Positions 8,596 through 19,217 of a stretch of 64,000 nt of DNA are shown here, piece after piece (position 1 is the stretch's first letter; the number at the start of each line of letters is the position of its first letter). A model generated the notes under the pieces. It saw only the letters and a program-made list of their open reading frames with translations, was not told the origin of the DNA and searched no databases. Both the position numbers and the translations under genes were made by a program. Origin of the DNA: Terriglobia bacterium (GTDB taxonomy: Bacteria; Acidobacteriota; Terriglobia; Terriglobales; Acidobacteriaceae); the NCBI GenBank assembly GCA_963816865.1, contig CAWFMU010000021.1, positions 24,450 through 88,449 on the forward strand. The letters are read 5' to 3'.

Positions 8596-10539
8596 ATGGA
8601 TCTTCAGGCCAAAATCCGCAGCTTGCCAACCTCCGCCGGCGTGTATCTCTACAAGAACGCCGAAGGAGAGGTTATCTACGTCGGCAAGGCCAACAATCTG
8701 CGCAGCCGCGTGTCTTCGTACTTCCGCGAAGGACGATGGGAGGATGCCAAGACCGATTCCCTGGTACGCGAGGCGGTGGATGTTGATTACATCGTCGTGG
8801 CCAACAACAAAGAGGCGTTGGCGCTTGAGAACCACCTGATCAAACAGAAGAAACCGCGCTTCAACATTCTACTGCGCGACGACAAGACTTATCCATACGT
8901 GAAGCTCACCTTGGGCGAGCGTTTTCCCCGCGTATACGTCACGCGGCGACTGCGTAAGGATGGCAGCGCGTACTACGGCCCGTATTTCCCGGCAAACCTG
9001 GCGTATCGCATCGTGGACCTGATCCACCGGCACTTCATGGTCCCCTCCTGCAAGGTTGATCTCACGCGATATCACCCGCGTCCGTGCCTGCAGTACTACA
9101 TCAAACGTTGTCAGGGACCTTGTGTGGAAGGATTGACCACACCCGAGATCTATCAGGAGGCGGTGCACGACGTAAAAATGTTTCTCGAGGGTCGTCCCAC
9201 CGACTTGTTGCGCTCGCTGCGCCGGCGCATGGGACAGACCGCCGAAGCCGAAGAATACGAACGAGCAGCGAAATATCGCGACCTGATTTCCACGGTGGAG
9301 CAGTTGCAGGAGAAACAGCGCATTGCCGCGGTCGAAGGCGACGACGCTGACGTCTTCGGCTACCACTATGAAAACGGAATGCTCGCGGTAAACCTGTTCC
9401 ACATGCGCGGCGGCAGAGTGCTCGACCGTCGAGAGTTCTTCTGGGAAGATCTGCCGGAAATCGCCACCGACCACGCAGGGGCGGGCGCCCCCGCCCGCCC
9501 AGCCGAGCAAAGCTCGACAGTCCAGCCGGAAGACTTGACGGGCGAGGACGCAAATCGCTTGACCGAATCGTTCCATCCCGGCGAATTCTTCTCTGCTTTC
9601 CTAAACCAGCTTTACATCGGCCAGCCTTACGTTCCGCGGAACATCTACGTTCCGGTTGAGTTTGAGGATCGAGAAGTGCTCGAAGATCTGCTCTCCGAGC
9701 AAGTGGCGGGCGAGGGCGCCCGTCCCACTCGAGTTCATATCCTTGTCCCCCAGCGCGGGGACAAACGAGGGCTTCTTGATCTGGCTGGCAACAATGCCAA
9801 GCAGTCCTACGATCAACGCTTTCGAGTGATGAAGCCGAACGCGAAGGCGATCCAGGAAGCGCTACAGGACGCGCTCGGGCTGCCGGAACGGCCGCATCGC
9901 ATCGAGTGTTTCGACATTTCTCACATCCAGGGAGCCGAGACCGTGGCTTCCATGGTGGTGTGGGAAGACGGCCAGATGAAGAAGTCGGATTACCGCAAAT
10001 TCATCATCCGCGACGTGATTGGTGTGGACGATTTTGCCTCCATGCGAGAGGTGGTCACGCGCCGTTACAAGCGTATTCAGGAGGAACAAAAGAAAATGCC
10101 CAGCCTGGTGCTGATTGACGGCGGCCTGGGCCAGTTGCATGCGGCCGCCGAGGCGCTGGAAGCGCTGGAGATCATCAACCAGCCGCTGGCGGCGATCGCC
10201 AAGCGCGAGGAAATTATCTACGTTTCGGGCCAGGAGAACGAACCGGTCGCGCTCGATCATCACTCGCCGGTGCTGCATCTGGTGCAACTGATCCGCGACG
10301 AAGCTCACAGGTTTGCCGTCACCTTCCACCGCAAACGGCGCCAGATGCGCGACCGTTCCACGGAGCTGCGGGAGATCCCAGGCGTCGGCGAGAGTACGAC
10401 CCGGCGACTGCTGCAACATTTTGGCAGCGTGCAGGCTATCAAACAGGCAGATTCGGCGGCGCTTTCCTCGGTGGTTACGCGTTCCCAGGCGGAGGCAATT
10501 CTGGATCACTTCAGGAAGCAGGATGCGTCAGTACAGTAG
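8596..10539 (+). CDS. uvrC: excinuclease ABC subunit C
   Basis: ATG 8596. GIY-YIG motif (GVYLYKNAEGEVIYVGKANNLRSRVSSYF), a UVR domain (YERAAKYRDLISTV), the endonuclease domain and a C-terminal HhH (IPGVGESTTRRLLQHFGS). Intact. Confidence 0.95.
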   Translation: MDLQAKIRSLPTSAGVYLYKNAEGEVIYVGKANNLRSRVSSYFREGRWEDAKTDSLVREAVDVDYIVVANNKEALALENHLIKQKKPRFNILLRDDKTYPYVKLTLGERFPRVYVTRRLRKDGSAYYGPYFPANLAYRIVDLIHRHFMVPSCKVDLTRYHPRPCLQYYIKRCQGPCVEGLTTPEIYQEAVHDVKMFLEGRPTDLLRSLRRRMGQTAEAEEYERAAKYRDLISTVEQLQEKQRIAAVEGDDADVFGYHYENGMLAVNLFHMRGGRVLDRREFFWEDLPEIATDHAGAGAPARPAEQSSTVQPEDLTGEDANRLTESFHPGEFFSAFLNQLYIGQPYVPRNIYVPVEFEDREVLEDLLSEQVAGEGARPTRVHILVPQRGDKRGLLDLAGNNAKQSYDQRFRVMKPNAKAIQEALQDALGLPERPHRIECFDISHIQGAETVASMVVWEDGQMKKSDYRKFIIRDVIGVDDFASMREVVTRRYKRIQEEQKKMPSLVLIDGGLGQLHAAAEALEALEIINQPLAAIAKREEIIYVSGQENEPVALDHHSPVLHLVQLIRDEAHRFAVTFHRKRRQMRDRSTELREIPGVGESTTRRLLQHFGSVQAIKQADSAALSSVVTRSQAEAILDHFRKQDASVQ

Positions 10540-10707
10540 TAAGCACACGAACATGTAACCGCCGAGATCGCACAGCACACCGATACAATTCCTCCGCGGC
10601 TACTCGGCGTTCTCGGCGGTGGAATTCCTTCTTGGATACTCCCTATGAGATAGCCGATCAGGTTGGCCTATACTGCATAGCCATACGCAACGTCAGGAGG
10701 CTCCACG

Positions 10708-11160
10708 ATGAAAGTGAGCGCTTGCTTGATGATCGTGGTCTGCACGATGAGTTTGTCCGTGCGGGCCCAAGACGATTCCGAATCCGCCGTGCGATCCAAA
10801 ATCGTTGCGCTGGAGAAGGCCTGGAACCAGGCCTACAAGGCCGGGGACGTTCGCGCCCTGGATTCGATCCTCGACAACGAGATTGTGCTGATCAACGATG
10901 ACGGCTCGGTCCAGAGCAAGGCCGAGTTTCTGTCAGATGTAAAAGCCACCCGAAACAATTCTCAGGAACAGCAAGTCTCGCCGGAATCCATGAGTGTGCA
11001 TGTGTTCGGCAACACTGCCATCTCAACCGGAGTATTTCGAGCCAAGGGAGTCGAAGGCGGCAAGAGTTACGTTCGGCGCGAGCGCTTCGTGGATACCTGG
11101 TTGTACAAGGACCGCAAGTGGGTCTGCGTCGCCAGCAACGCAACTCCGGTCTTGCACTGA
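10708..11160 (+). CDS. secreted SnoaL-like / DUF4440 (NTF2-fold) protein
   Basis: AGGAGG RBS and a signal peptide (MKVSACLMIVVCTMSLSVRAQ). It has an NTF2-like pattern: IVALEKAWNQAYKAGDVRALDSILDNEIVLI...RFVDTWLYKDRKWVCVAS. Confidence 0.65.
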   Translation: MKVSACLMIVVCTMSLSVRAQDDSESAVRSKIVALEKAWNQAYKAGDVRALDSILDNEIVLINDDGSVQSKAEFLSDVKATRNNSQEQQVSPESMSVHVFGNTAISTGVFRAKGVEGGKSYVRRERFVDTWLYKDRKWVCVASNATPVLH

Positions 11161-11281
11161 CAGAAATGTGGGGCGAGCGCTCGCGCTTGTGCGGTCGGGC
11201 GCAGCTCGACGATGTCTCCGAACAATGGCCATTGCAACGCGGGCGAGTCGCCCGCGACCACATCAATCCCCACGAATCCCT

Positions 11282-12643
11282 TTACTGGGCCTCGCGATTT
11301 GCAATCTCTACGCGGAACAGCGGCTTGGTCTTTTCTGACGGATCCATCTCGTAAGTCTGCCCGGTTTTTGCCGGATCGTAGTCTCGCCAGAGCCAGATCA
11401 TCTCTTCGGGAAACTCAGCTGCGCCCTGTCCGGAGTTGTGTGTGCCCTTGCCGAAGCTGAAGTGAAAGTCGTAGTCCTTCAGCTTGAGCGCGTTCGCCAT
11501 GCGAATGTTAGCCAGAGGCCAGCTTCCGTAGCGGTCATTCTCCTGATCCTCGGAACCGTCCTGCAGCCACACTCGAATATTGCGCTTGGGCTCGCGCAAA
11601 ATCTTTTCGGGATAGTCCTGACCTCCATCCGGAACGCTGGGGTCTTCCTTCCACTGGATGCTGGCGTAGCTGCCAATCCACGAAATCACCCGGCTGAAGC
11701 GCTCAGGCATCTGCCATGCGGCATTGAAGGAGCAGATGCCGCCCGACGATAGACCCGTGATCGCCCAGCTATACGCGTCTTTGCGAATGTTGTATCGCGC
11801 CTGTACATCCGCCAGGACTTCATCCCGCAGAAAGCGGACGTAGCGGTCACTCACGGTGTCATACAGCGTGCTGCGCATGGAGTCTTTCAGGGTGCGGTGC
11901 CATTTGTCCGAGTACGCCTTCACGAAATTGTAGGTCGGCGTGCCCGGCGAGTCAGCAATGTCCCCAGGATTGATGAACACGGCGATCATCACGGGAATCT
12001 TCTTCTGCGCGATCAGGTTGTCGAGGACGTTGAGCGTGGGATTGTTTCCATCACGCTTGGTGTAGCCGCCGCCATCCTGGAAAACCATGAGCGCTGCCGG
12101 GGTTTTCGGATCGTATTGCGCCGGCACGTAAATCCAATATTCGCTCTTCATGCCGTCGTAAATCTTGCTGGTGTGAACAATTTTGTCGGACAGGGTTCCT
12201 GATGGGACCGACGGTTGCAGATAAGAAAGAAGGCCGAACGCCGGCAGATCCAGCTTTCCGCCGAAGTTCGCGCCATTCACTACGTAATGGAACGAGTGCA
12301 GGCGGCCTACGGGCTCGACATGCGCCACCGCATACCAAAGATCCGAGTTGTCGAGATGCTGCATTTGCGGACCGGGAGCCTGGTCAATAATCAATGACGG
12401 TTGTGATGGCGCCTGGGTGGCAAAAAAGAAATCCGGTCCGCGGCCGGCCCAGGCTGTCCCTTCCTTCAAGTCTTTGGCGTCGAAGGTTCCCGTGACGGCG
12501 TCATGCAAACCCGCAGGGTTGGACTTGGCCAGATCGATCAACTGCGGCGCCGACATCTTCTCGGCCGCAACGGTAGGAATGGACAGGCACAGTGACAGAA
12601 GAACAAGTTTCCACATGGCGCAGATACTATACTGCGTTGTCAT
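11282..12643 (-). CDS. secreted esterase-family alpha/beta hydrolase (enterochelin-esterase-like)
   Basis: Signal peptide (WKLVLLSLCLSIPTVAAEK). The nucleophile elbow is ITGLSSGGICS. The overall layout is an Ig-like N-domain followed by an esterase domain. The start could be 12643 or 12616. Confidence 0.7.
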   Translation of the reverse strand: MTTQYSICAMWKLVLLSLCLSIPTVAAEKMSAPQLIDLAKSNPAGLHDAVTGTFDAKDLKEGTAWAGRGPDFFFATQAPSQPSLIIDQAPGPQMQHLDNSDLWYAVAHVEPVGRLHSFHYVVNGANFGGKLDLPAFGLLSYLQPSVPSGTLSDKIVHTSKIYDGMKSEYWIYVPAQYDPKTPAALMVFQDGGGYTKRDGNNPTLNVLDNLIAQKKIPVMIAVFINPGDIADSPGTPTYNFVKAYSDKWHRTLKDSMRSTLYDTVSDRYVRFLRDEVLADVQARYNIRKDAYSWAITGLSSGGICSFNAAWQMPERFSRVISWIGSYASIQWKEDPSVPDGGQDYPEKILREPKRNIRVWLQDGSEDQENDRYGSWPLANIRMANALKLKDYDFHFSFGKGTHNSGQGAAEFPEEMIWLWRDYDPAKTGQTYEMDPSEKTKPLFRVEIANREAQ

Positions 12644-12805
12644 GTTTTGGAGCCTTCGCCACACGAAGGCGCCGGGAAGACTGCGCTCACTTTAACAGCT
12701 TTATCTAGCCCAGATTCCAAGCCAGGGAACCTTTCTGTGAATCGACATCGCGGTTTCTTACAGCTACATTGAGGCATCGGCGAGCCCGCGTACGCCTCGA
12801 CCTCG

Positions 12806-13714
12806 ATGAACAACCTGAATGTGGTTGTTGCGCTCATCACGAGTGACAATGATTACCAGGCCGAACAGGCGGCCTCAGCCACAGAGGCCGCTGCTCGGCT
12901 CGGCCTCAGAATCCAGGTCGTTTACGCCGACAATGACGCCGTCAATCAGACCCAGCAGTTGATCAAGATTATCCAGAATACAGCGCTGCGTACCGACGCA
13001 ATTATCGTCGAACCCGTGGGCACGGAAATGATCCAGGTGGCGAAGGCGGCGGTGGCGGCTGGCATTGGCTGGGGGATTCTGAACCGCGAATCGGAACATA
13101 TTTCCGAGTTGCGCCGGGGCCGCCGCGCTCCGGTCTTTGCAGTTACGACCGACCAGGTAGAAGTGGGAAGCATTCAGGCCAAGCAGTTCGCGGCGCTGGT
13201 AGAACAAGGCAACATCTTGTATATCGAAGGCCCCTCCGGCGCCGGTGTTTCCTCGCTTCGGACGAAGGGCATGCTTTCCGCCAAGCCCGCCGGGCTCGAA
13301 TTGAAAGTGCTCAAGGGGGACTGGACGGAGCGCAGCGGACACCATGCCATCAAGTCATGGCTGTCCTTGAGCACGTCGCGAAAACTGGATATTCGGCTGG
13401 TTGGCTGCCAGAACGATGCAATGGCGATAGGCGCACACAAAGCATTTGCGGAGTTGACAGACACCCAGGAACGAGAACACTGGCTGAAAGTGCCGTTCAC
13501 CGGGTGCGACGGTGTGACCAAGACTGGCCAGGAGTGGGTCCGACGGGGACTGCTGGCCGCAACCGTGGTTACGCCTCCCACTGCGGGCCTGGCCCTCGAA
13601 ATATTAGCCAAGGCCGTCCAGACCGGCTCAGACCCACCCGCATGCACAGCCAGCGCGCCCTGGTCGTTTCCGAAACTTGAGGAATTGAGCAAGAAACATC
13701 CTAGACCTACTTAG
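12806..13714 (+). CDS. periplasmic-binding-protein-fold (sugar-binding/LacI-sensor-like) domain protein with no signal peptide
   Basis: The 302-aa ORF starts directly in the PBP type-1 fold (NVVVALITSDNDYQAEQA...IVEPVG...GCQNDAMAIGA). It has no leader and no HTH, and there is no adjacent permease or ATPase gene. Confidence 0.6.
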   Translation: MNNLNVVVALITSDNDYQAEQAASATEAAARLGLRIQVVYADNDAVNQTQQLIKIIQNTALRTDAIIVEPVGTEMIQVAKAAVAAGIGWGILNRESEHISELRRGRRAPVFAVTTDQVEVGSIQAKQFAALVEQGNILYIEGPSGAGVSSLRTKGMLSAKPAGLELKVLKGDWTERSGHHAIKSWLSLSTSRKLDIRLVGCQNDAMAIGAHKAFAELTDTQEREHWLKVPFTGCDGVTKTGQEWVRRGLLAATVVTPPTAGLALEILAKAVQTGSDPPACTASAPWSFPKLEELSKKHPRPT

Positions 13715-13811
13715 GCGGTATCTGGTGCTTTCCAGATTTCCGCGGCACCGGATACGCACCCAGAATGCTATCCTGATTTGTATTCGCAATACGGCCATCT
13801 CTGACCCTCTC

Positions 13812-15504
13812 ATGTCGAATCCAATCGCCCCAGAACCGCTCCGTGTCGCCGAATCCAACGAGTCATTCGAAGATATTCTCACGCAGTACGAAAAGACCCA
13901 TTCCCGCAAGAAGGAAGATAACGGAAAACAGCTCGAAGGAACGGTGATCGCCGTTTCTGCCGAGTCCGTCTTCTTCGATATTGGTTTCAAGACCGAAGGC
14001 ATCATTCCTCTGGCTGCGTTCCAGGGCGCAGCCGTAAAGCCGGGCGACAAGATGCCGGTGTCGGTCAAGGGCCGCGATCCGGAAGGCTACTACGAACTCT
14101 CCCGCCAGAAGATTGCGCAGCCCACGGACTGGTCGTCCTTGGAGCAGGCCTTTGCCGACAAAGCGACGATCGTGGGAATGGTCACCGCCGTAATCAAGGG
14201 CGGCTTCAGCGTGGACGTTGGGGTACGCGCATTCATGCCAGCCTCGCGCAGCGGCGTTCGCGACGCAGCCGACATGGAGAAACTGGTTGGGCAGGAAATC
14301 CGCTGCCGAATCATCAAGCTCGACGCGACCGAGGAAGATGTAGTGGTTGACCGGCGTGCCCTCGCCGAAGAAGAAGAGCGCGGCGTAAAAGAACGCCGCT
14401 ACTCGGAGATCCGCGAAGGCGAAATCGTACGCGGCACGGTCCGCAGCCTCACCGACTATGGCGCCTTCGTCGACCTCGGCGGAGTGGACGGCTTGCTGCA
14501 TGTGGGCGAGATTGCCTGGAGCCGCGTCAACAAACCCGCGGACGTGCTCTCGGTGGGACAGCAGAGTCGAAGCGAAAGTGCTCAAGGTCGATCCCGAGAA
14601 GCGGCGCATCTCGCTGGGCATGAAGCAACTGCAGAAAGACCCGTGGGATTCGGCGGTAGAAAAATACAAACTCGGCGAGCGGGCGCGCGGCACCGTCACG
14701 CGCGTGCTCGAGTTCGGCGCCTTCGTGGAACTGGAGCCCGGAATCGAAGGCTTGATCCACGTTTCGGAAATGTCGTGGGCCAAGAAAGTCAGAATCGCCA
14801 GCGACGTGGTGAAGCCAGGCGAAACTGTGGAAGTCGTGGTACTGGGAGTGAACCAGGCAGAACACCGCATTGCTCTCGGCCTCAAGCAGGCGCTGGGAGA
14901 TCCGTGGGCCAACGTGCCGCAGAGTTTTCCGGTGGGCTCGGTGATTGAAGGGCCGGTCACGAGTCTCACCAAGTTCGGCGCGTTCGTGCAGCTTGCCGAA
15001 GGTATCGAGGGAATGATTCACGTCAGCGATATCAGCGCCGAGAAACGCATCGAATATCCCCAGGATGTGTTGAAGGTTGGACAACTGGTAAAAGCGCAAG
15101 TCCTCTCCGTGGACACGGCAAAGCGCCTGCTGCGCCTGGGCATGAAGCAACTCGTCCCCACCAGCCTGGATGAATACATCGCCGAACACAAGGTCGGCGA
15201 TGTGGTCACGGGACGCATGGGCGAGGTTTCGGGCGGAAATGCCCGCGTTGAACTGGGAGACGGCATCAACGCGACCTGCCGGATTGCCGCCGTCACTGCC
15301 GCGAATAAATCGTCGGAAGAAGTGGTGCAGTCCGCATCGAAGCCAGACTTGTCATCGCTGAGTTCGAAGCTCAAGGCGCACTGGAAGGGCGGAGCCGCCG
15401 CGGTCGAGTCCAAACCCGAAGCCGTGCGCACCGGGCAGATTCGCAAATTCCGGATCACCAAGCTGGATCCTGCGGCGAAGAAGATTGACCTGGAGTTGGC
15501 GTAA
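13812..15504 (+). CDS. rpsA: 30S ribosomal protein S1 (frame-disrupted as sequenced)
   Basis: Six S1 repeats (e.g. GTVRSLTDYGAFVDLGGVDGLLHVGEI, GTVTRVLEFGAFVELEPGIEGLIHVSEM). The reading moves from ORF 13725-14948 to ORF 14458-15504 (+1) at about 14565 (CAG CAG a GTC GAA GCG AAA). Confidence 0.9.
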
Positions 15505-15507
15505 CCG

Positions 15508-16455
15508 GTGAAGAAAATCAGATCACTGGCCGCTGTCGTAGCTTTCCTGACCACCCTTCTGAGCGCACAGCCGGCCCAACCCGACAAGCCCGAGTGGTGC
15601 CGCGCGCTCCCGCGTCCCGAATACAAGACCCTGGAACGTGTCCCGGTAACTGACCCGTGGTTCGAGGTCTATCAAGTCGTTCCGCAGGTCTTCGCCATTT
15701 ACGAACCGCATCAGGCGGAAGAAACAATTTCCTACCTGATCTTGGGTGAAAAACAGGCGCTGCTGTTCGACACCGGCATGGGCATCAGCGACATTCGCAA
15801 AGTTACCGGTGAGCTTACCCATTTGCCCATCATCGTTCTCAACTCCCACACTCACGACGACCACGTGGGCGGCAATTGGCAGTTCGAAACTGTCTACGGA
15901 ATGGACACCGATTTCACTCGTACCAACGCCAAGGGTTCGCGCCAGGACGCGCAGGACGAACTAGGCCCGGGAATGATCTGCGGTGACCTGCCGAAAGGTT
16001 TTGACTCCAAGTCGTACGCAACCCGGCCCTGGAAGATTTCCCGCTTTCTTCACGACCACGACCGGATCGATCTTGGCGGCCGTACGCTGGAAGTTATTTC
16101 TACTCCGGGCCACACTCCGGATGCCATCTCTCTGCTCGATCGCGCCCACGGATTGCTGTTCAGCGGCGACACATATTATCCCGCACCTATCTGGCTGTTT
16201 CGTCCGGAGACCAATCTCGATGACTACGTCGCTTCGGTCAAGCGCCTGGCAGCTCTGGCCCCGCAACTCAAGCTCGTCCTCGGCGCACACAACGTGCCCT
16301 TCGCACAGCCTGAGGTGCTGGCGACATTAGTGACTGCTATTGAAACGGTACGCACAGGCAAAGTACGCGGCGAACCTCAGGATGACGGCAAGGCTCTCTA
16401 CCGTTCCAACGGAATTTCTTTCCTGATGCTGGCGCACTCGCAAGAAAAACAGTAA
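15508..16455 (+). CDS. secreted MBL-fold metallo-hydrolase
   Basis: GTG 15508, signal peptide (MKKIRSLAAVVAFLTTLLSAQPAQ), HxHxDH motif (NSHTHDDHVGG) and a later TPGHTPD motif. Confidence 0.8.
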   Translation: MKKIRSLAAVVAFLTTLLSAQPAQPDKPEWCRALPRPEYKTLERVPVTDPWFEVYQVVPQVFAIYEPHQAEETISYLILGEKQALLFDTGMGISDIRKVTGELTHLPIIVLNSHTHDDHVGGNWQFETVYGMDTDFTRTNAKGSRQDAQDELGPGMICGDLPKGFDSKSYATRPWKISRFLHDHDRIDLGGRTLEVISTPGHTPDAISLLDRAHGLLFSGDTYYPAPIWLFRPETNLDDYVASVKRLAALAPQLKLVLGAHNVPFAQPEVLATLVTAIETVRTGKVRGEPQDDGKALYRSNGISFLMLAHSQEKQ

Positions 16456-16464
16456 TCGCCGGCC

Positions 16465-17820
16465 TTACTCCCGGGGGTAGTCGTCGGCTCTTGCGGGCGG
16501 AGACGTCCCCAACGCGGGCGTGCTGAAATATTGCGGACGAGCTTTTTCCCACTCGACCATGCTCAAACCGGAAGGATCGTAGAGGATGCGTCCCGCCCGC
16601 ACTGTCATGCGTGCGATTAATTTGCCCGTCCCATCCATCCGCGCGAAACCGCAGTCGATGTAACTGAATTTCCCATTCAGCACTTCCAGTACGGCTATGT
16701 CGGCTTCTTTGCCGACGGACAGCGTTCCCAACTCAGGCCGGCGAATCTCGCGCGCTGGATTCACTGTGGAGCGGCGAATGATCTCGTCCAACGGCACCCC
16801 CATCGCCAGGAATTTGGACATGACCTGCGTCATGCTCAGCACGGTGTAGTTGAGGGTATGCAGATCCGTGGAGATGGAATCAGGAATGAAGCCTTGCCTG
16901 ACCGCGGGGACTGCATTGCGGAACCAGAAGCTGGCCGCCCCGTGTCCGACGTCGAAAATCACGCCGCGGGCTCGCGCCTCCGCCATGATGGGATTTAACT
17001 TGCCGTCAGGGAGGATGATGGGAAATTGCTGCGCGAAGACGTGAGTATGGATATCGCCGGGCCGCATTTTCTTGAGGATCAGCTCGGCATAGGTCCTCTC
17101 CGGACGCGGCCAGAAGTCGAACATGACAGGCAGACCGACCGTCTGCGCGCACTCTTCGGCCCGATCCACCGCGGCCCACGGCGGATGTGCCGCGTCCCAG
17201 GGATCGTCGGTCCAGTAGTGCGCCGTCTTTACCCCGACAATGACCTCCGGATATTTGCGGATGGTCTCCGCGCATCGCTTCACGTCCATCTGGTCTACGG
17301 TTTGCTCGAGACTACCGTTCATGCCGTTGCCCACGATGTTCAAAAAAGCCAGCACGCGAACTTTGGCTTGATCGATGACCTCTTCTTTCTCCTGAAGAAA
17401 CGTTTCGGCGCCGGCGCTGCCCGCATCCACCAGGGTCGTGACGCCGGATTGCAGCGCAATGTCGGCGGGAATGCCCAGGGGCTCGATGTGGGCGCGAGCG
17501 TCGGGAGCAAACCAGTTGAGCGGCGCTCCGCCATGACCAACGTGAGCGTGAATATCCACCAGGCCGGGCGTGACGTACAGACCTGAAACATCGACGACCT
17601 TCCCGGCCTGACCGGCGGGAATATCTTTTTCGACGGCAGCGATCTTCCCGCCAGAGACTGCGACGTCGAAGTTTCCGTCCACATGATTGGCGGGGTCGAT
17701 CACGTGCCCGCCCTTCAACAGCAGATCATAGCGAGGCGTTTGTGCCTTGGCGTTGGGTGTGAGAAGAATCATGACAAGTATGAGTGTCGCTCCGACACAT
17801 TTTTGGATCGCTTCCCGCAT
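16465..17820 (-). CDS. secreted amidohydrolase/deacetylase-family metallohydrolase
   Basis: ATG 17820 (MREAIQKCVGATLILVMILLTPNAKAQ). It has an HxH metal site (GLVDIHAHVGHGG) and a dihydroorotase/D-aminoacylase-like composite-domain N-terminus (DLLLKGGHVIDP...). Confidence 0.75.
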   Translation of the reverse strand: MREAIQKCVGATLILVMILLTPNAKAQTPRYDLLLKGGHVIDPANHVDGNFDVAVSGGKIAAVEKDIPAGQAGKVVDVSGLYVTPGLVDIHAHVGHGGAPLNWFAPDARAHIEPLGIPADIALQSGVTTLVDAGSAGAETFLQEKEEVIDQAKVRVLAFLNIVGNGMNGSLEQTVDQMDVKRCAETIRKYPEVIVGVKTAHYWTDDPWDAAHPPWAAVDRAEECAQTVGLPVMFDFWPRPERTYAELILKKMRPGDIHTHVFAQQFPIILPDGKLNPIMAEARARGVIFDVGHGAASFWFRNAVPAVRQGFIPDSISTDLHTLNYTVLSMTQVMSKFLAMGVPLDEIIRRSTVNPAREIRRPELGTLSVGKEADIAVLEVLNGKFSYIDCGFARMDGTGKLIARMTVRAGRILYDPSGLSMVEWEKARPQYFSTPALGTSPPARADDYPRE

Positions 17821-17847
17821 AGTCAGCCCTCTTGATGCTTGCATTCA

Positions 17848-19174
17848 CTAAGGTGCCACACTCTGGCTGCCGGCGGCACTCACTGGGTCCTGGGGACTCA
17901 GGATTCGCGTGGGATCAACCATCAGCCACGCCGCCGCTCCCAGCAGACACAACCCCGCGGCCACAAGGAATGATGCGGTCCAACCAAAGCGGGCGGCGAT
18001 TGCGGGCGTGAGTGACGCCGTGACGGCTCCGCCAATTTGCGCCCCCATGTTCATGAAGCCGGAAACCGAGCCGGATGCCTTGCCGGCAATGTCTGCGCTC
18101 ACTGACCAAAACGAACTCTGCGACAAGTAGAGCGCCCCCGCTCCGCCGGCCAGAACAATGCTCGCCACGCGCGCACTGTCAACCTGGGAGCCGAAGGCGA
18201 TAAATATTCCAGCCAGGGCGATGCTGAACGCCGCCAGGCCGCACCGTCCCAATCGGGGGCCGCGCCACTTCGTGAGCCGGTCGCTGATAGCGCCCCCCAC
18301 AAAGCTGCAGACTGACATCGCCACCGGTGGAAGCATGGCGTAAAACGCGCTCGCTTTCAGATTCAGCCCGCGGACCTGGGCCAGGTAGATAAAGAACCAG
18401 CTGAAGAAAATCCAGGCGGTGTAGCCGAAGCAAAAATAGCTGGCTGTGACCGCCAGCACTTCCCTGCTCCGAAAGACAATTCGCCACGGAACCAAACCTC
18501 CATCGCCCGTATTCCCAGCTTCGATCGGCAATCCAGATCGAATCGTCGCCAGCTCAGACTGCGGACACACACGGATGTTCCGCGGGCGTGTCGCGAGCCA
18601 TGAGATACCAGACCGCTCCCGCGATCAGGCCGATGATGGCACACGCCCAGAACGACGATCTCCAGCCGTAGTGCAGCATGAAGTAGGTAATCAACGGCGG
18701 TGAAAGGCCGGCGCCCGCGCCGACGCCGGCGAAAATCCAGCCGTTGGCGACACCGCGCTCGTGCGCCGGAATCCATCGCGCCACAAATTGGTTCGACGAA
18801 GGATAAACGACTGCTTCCCCGGCGCCGAGGAGAAAGCGGATCGCGATGAACAGAAACAGCGCCCCACGGATTGTGGACGGCACCAGGGCCGTCAGTCCGG
18901 TGAAGATTCCCCACCATACGACGCCCGCGGTCAGCACGCGGCGAGGTCCGAAGCGGTCGGCCAGTCTTCCGCCTACGGTTTGAAACAGCGCATAACCGAT
19001 CAGCATCGCGCTGAACACGTAACCCAACTGCACGTTGCTCAGTCCGTATTCCTCGGCGATGGAACGTCCGGCAACCGAGATGTTCACCCGGTCAAGGTAA
19101 GAAACCGCGCTCAGGATGAACAGCCAGCACACCAGAAACCAGCGCACATGGCTCGTCCTGGCGTCGTTCACCAT
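17848..19174 (-). CDS. MFS transporter, anion:cation symporter-like (frame-disrupted as sequenced)
   Basis: The N-half is ORF 18554-19174 (SYLDRVNISVAG..., GGRLADRFGPRRVL). The C-half is ORF 17848-18570 in the next frame. There is one net +1 shift near 18560. Confidence 0.8.
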
Positions 19175-19217
19175 CGTTCCTCAGAAATGTCGTTGGTCAG
19201 GGATGCCCGCATCACTC

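Noticed and set aside
10559-10619. Inverted repeat CCGCCGAGA…TCTCGGCGG after uvrC as an intrinsic terminator
   Set aside because: The 9-bp arms are separated by a loop of about 43 nt with no following T-run. This is not a convincing terminator and may be a degenerate repeat remnant.
13863-14972. 369-aa minus-strand ORF
   Set aside because: It is antisense to rpsA, whose six S1 repeats are unambiguous. It is a shadow ORF.
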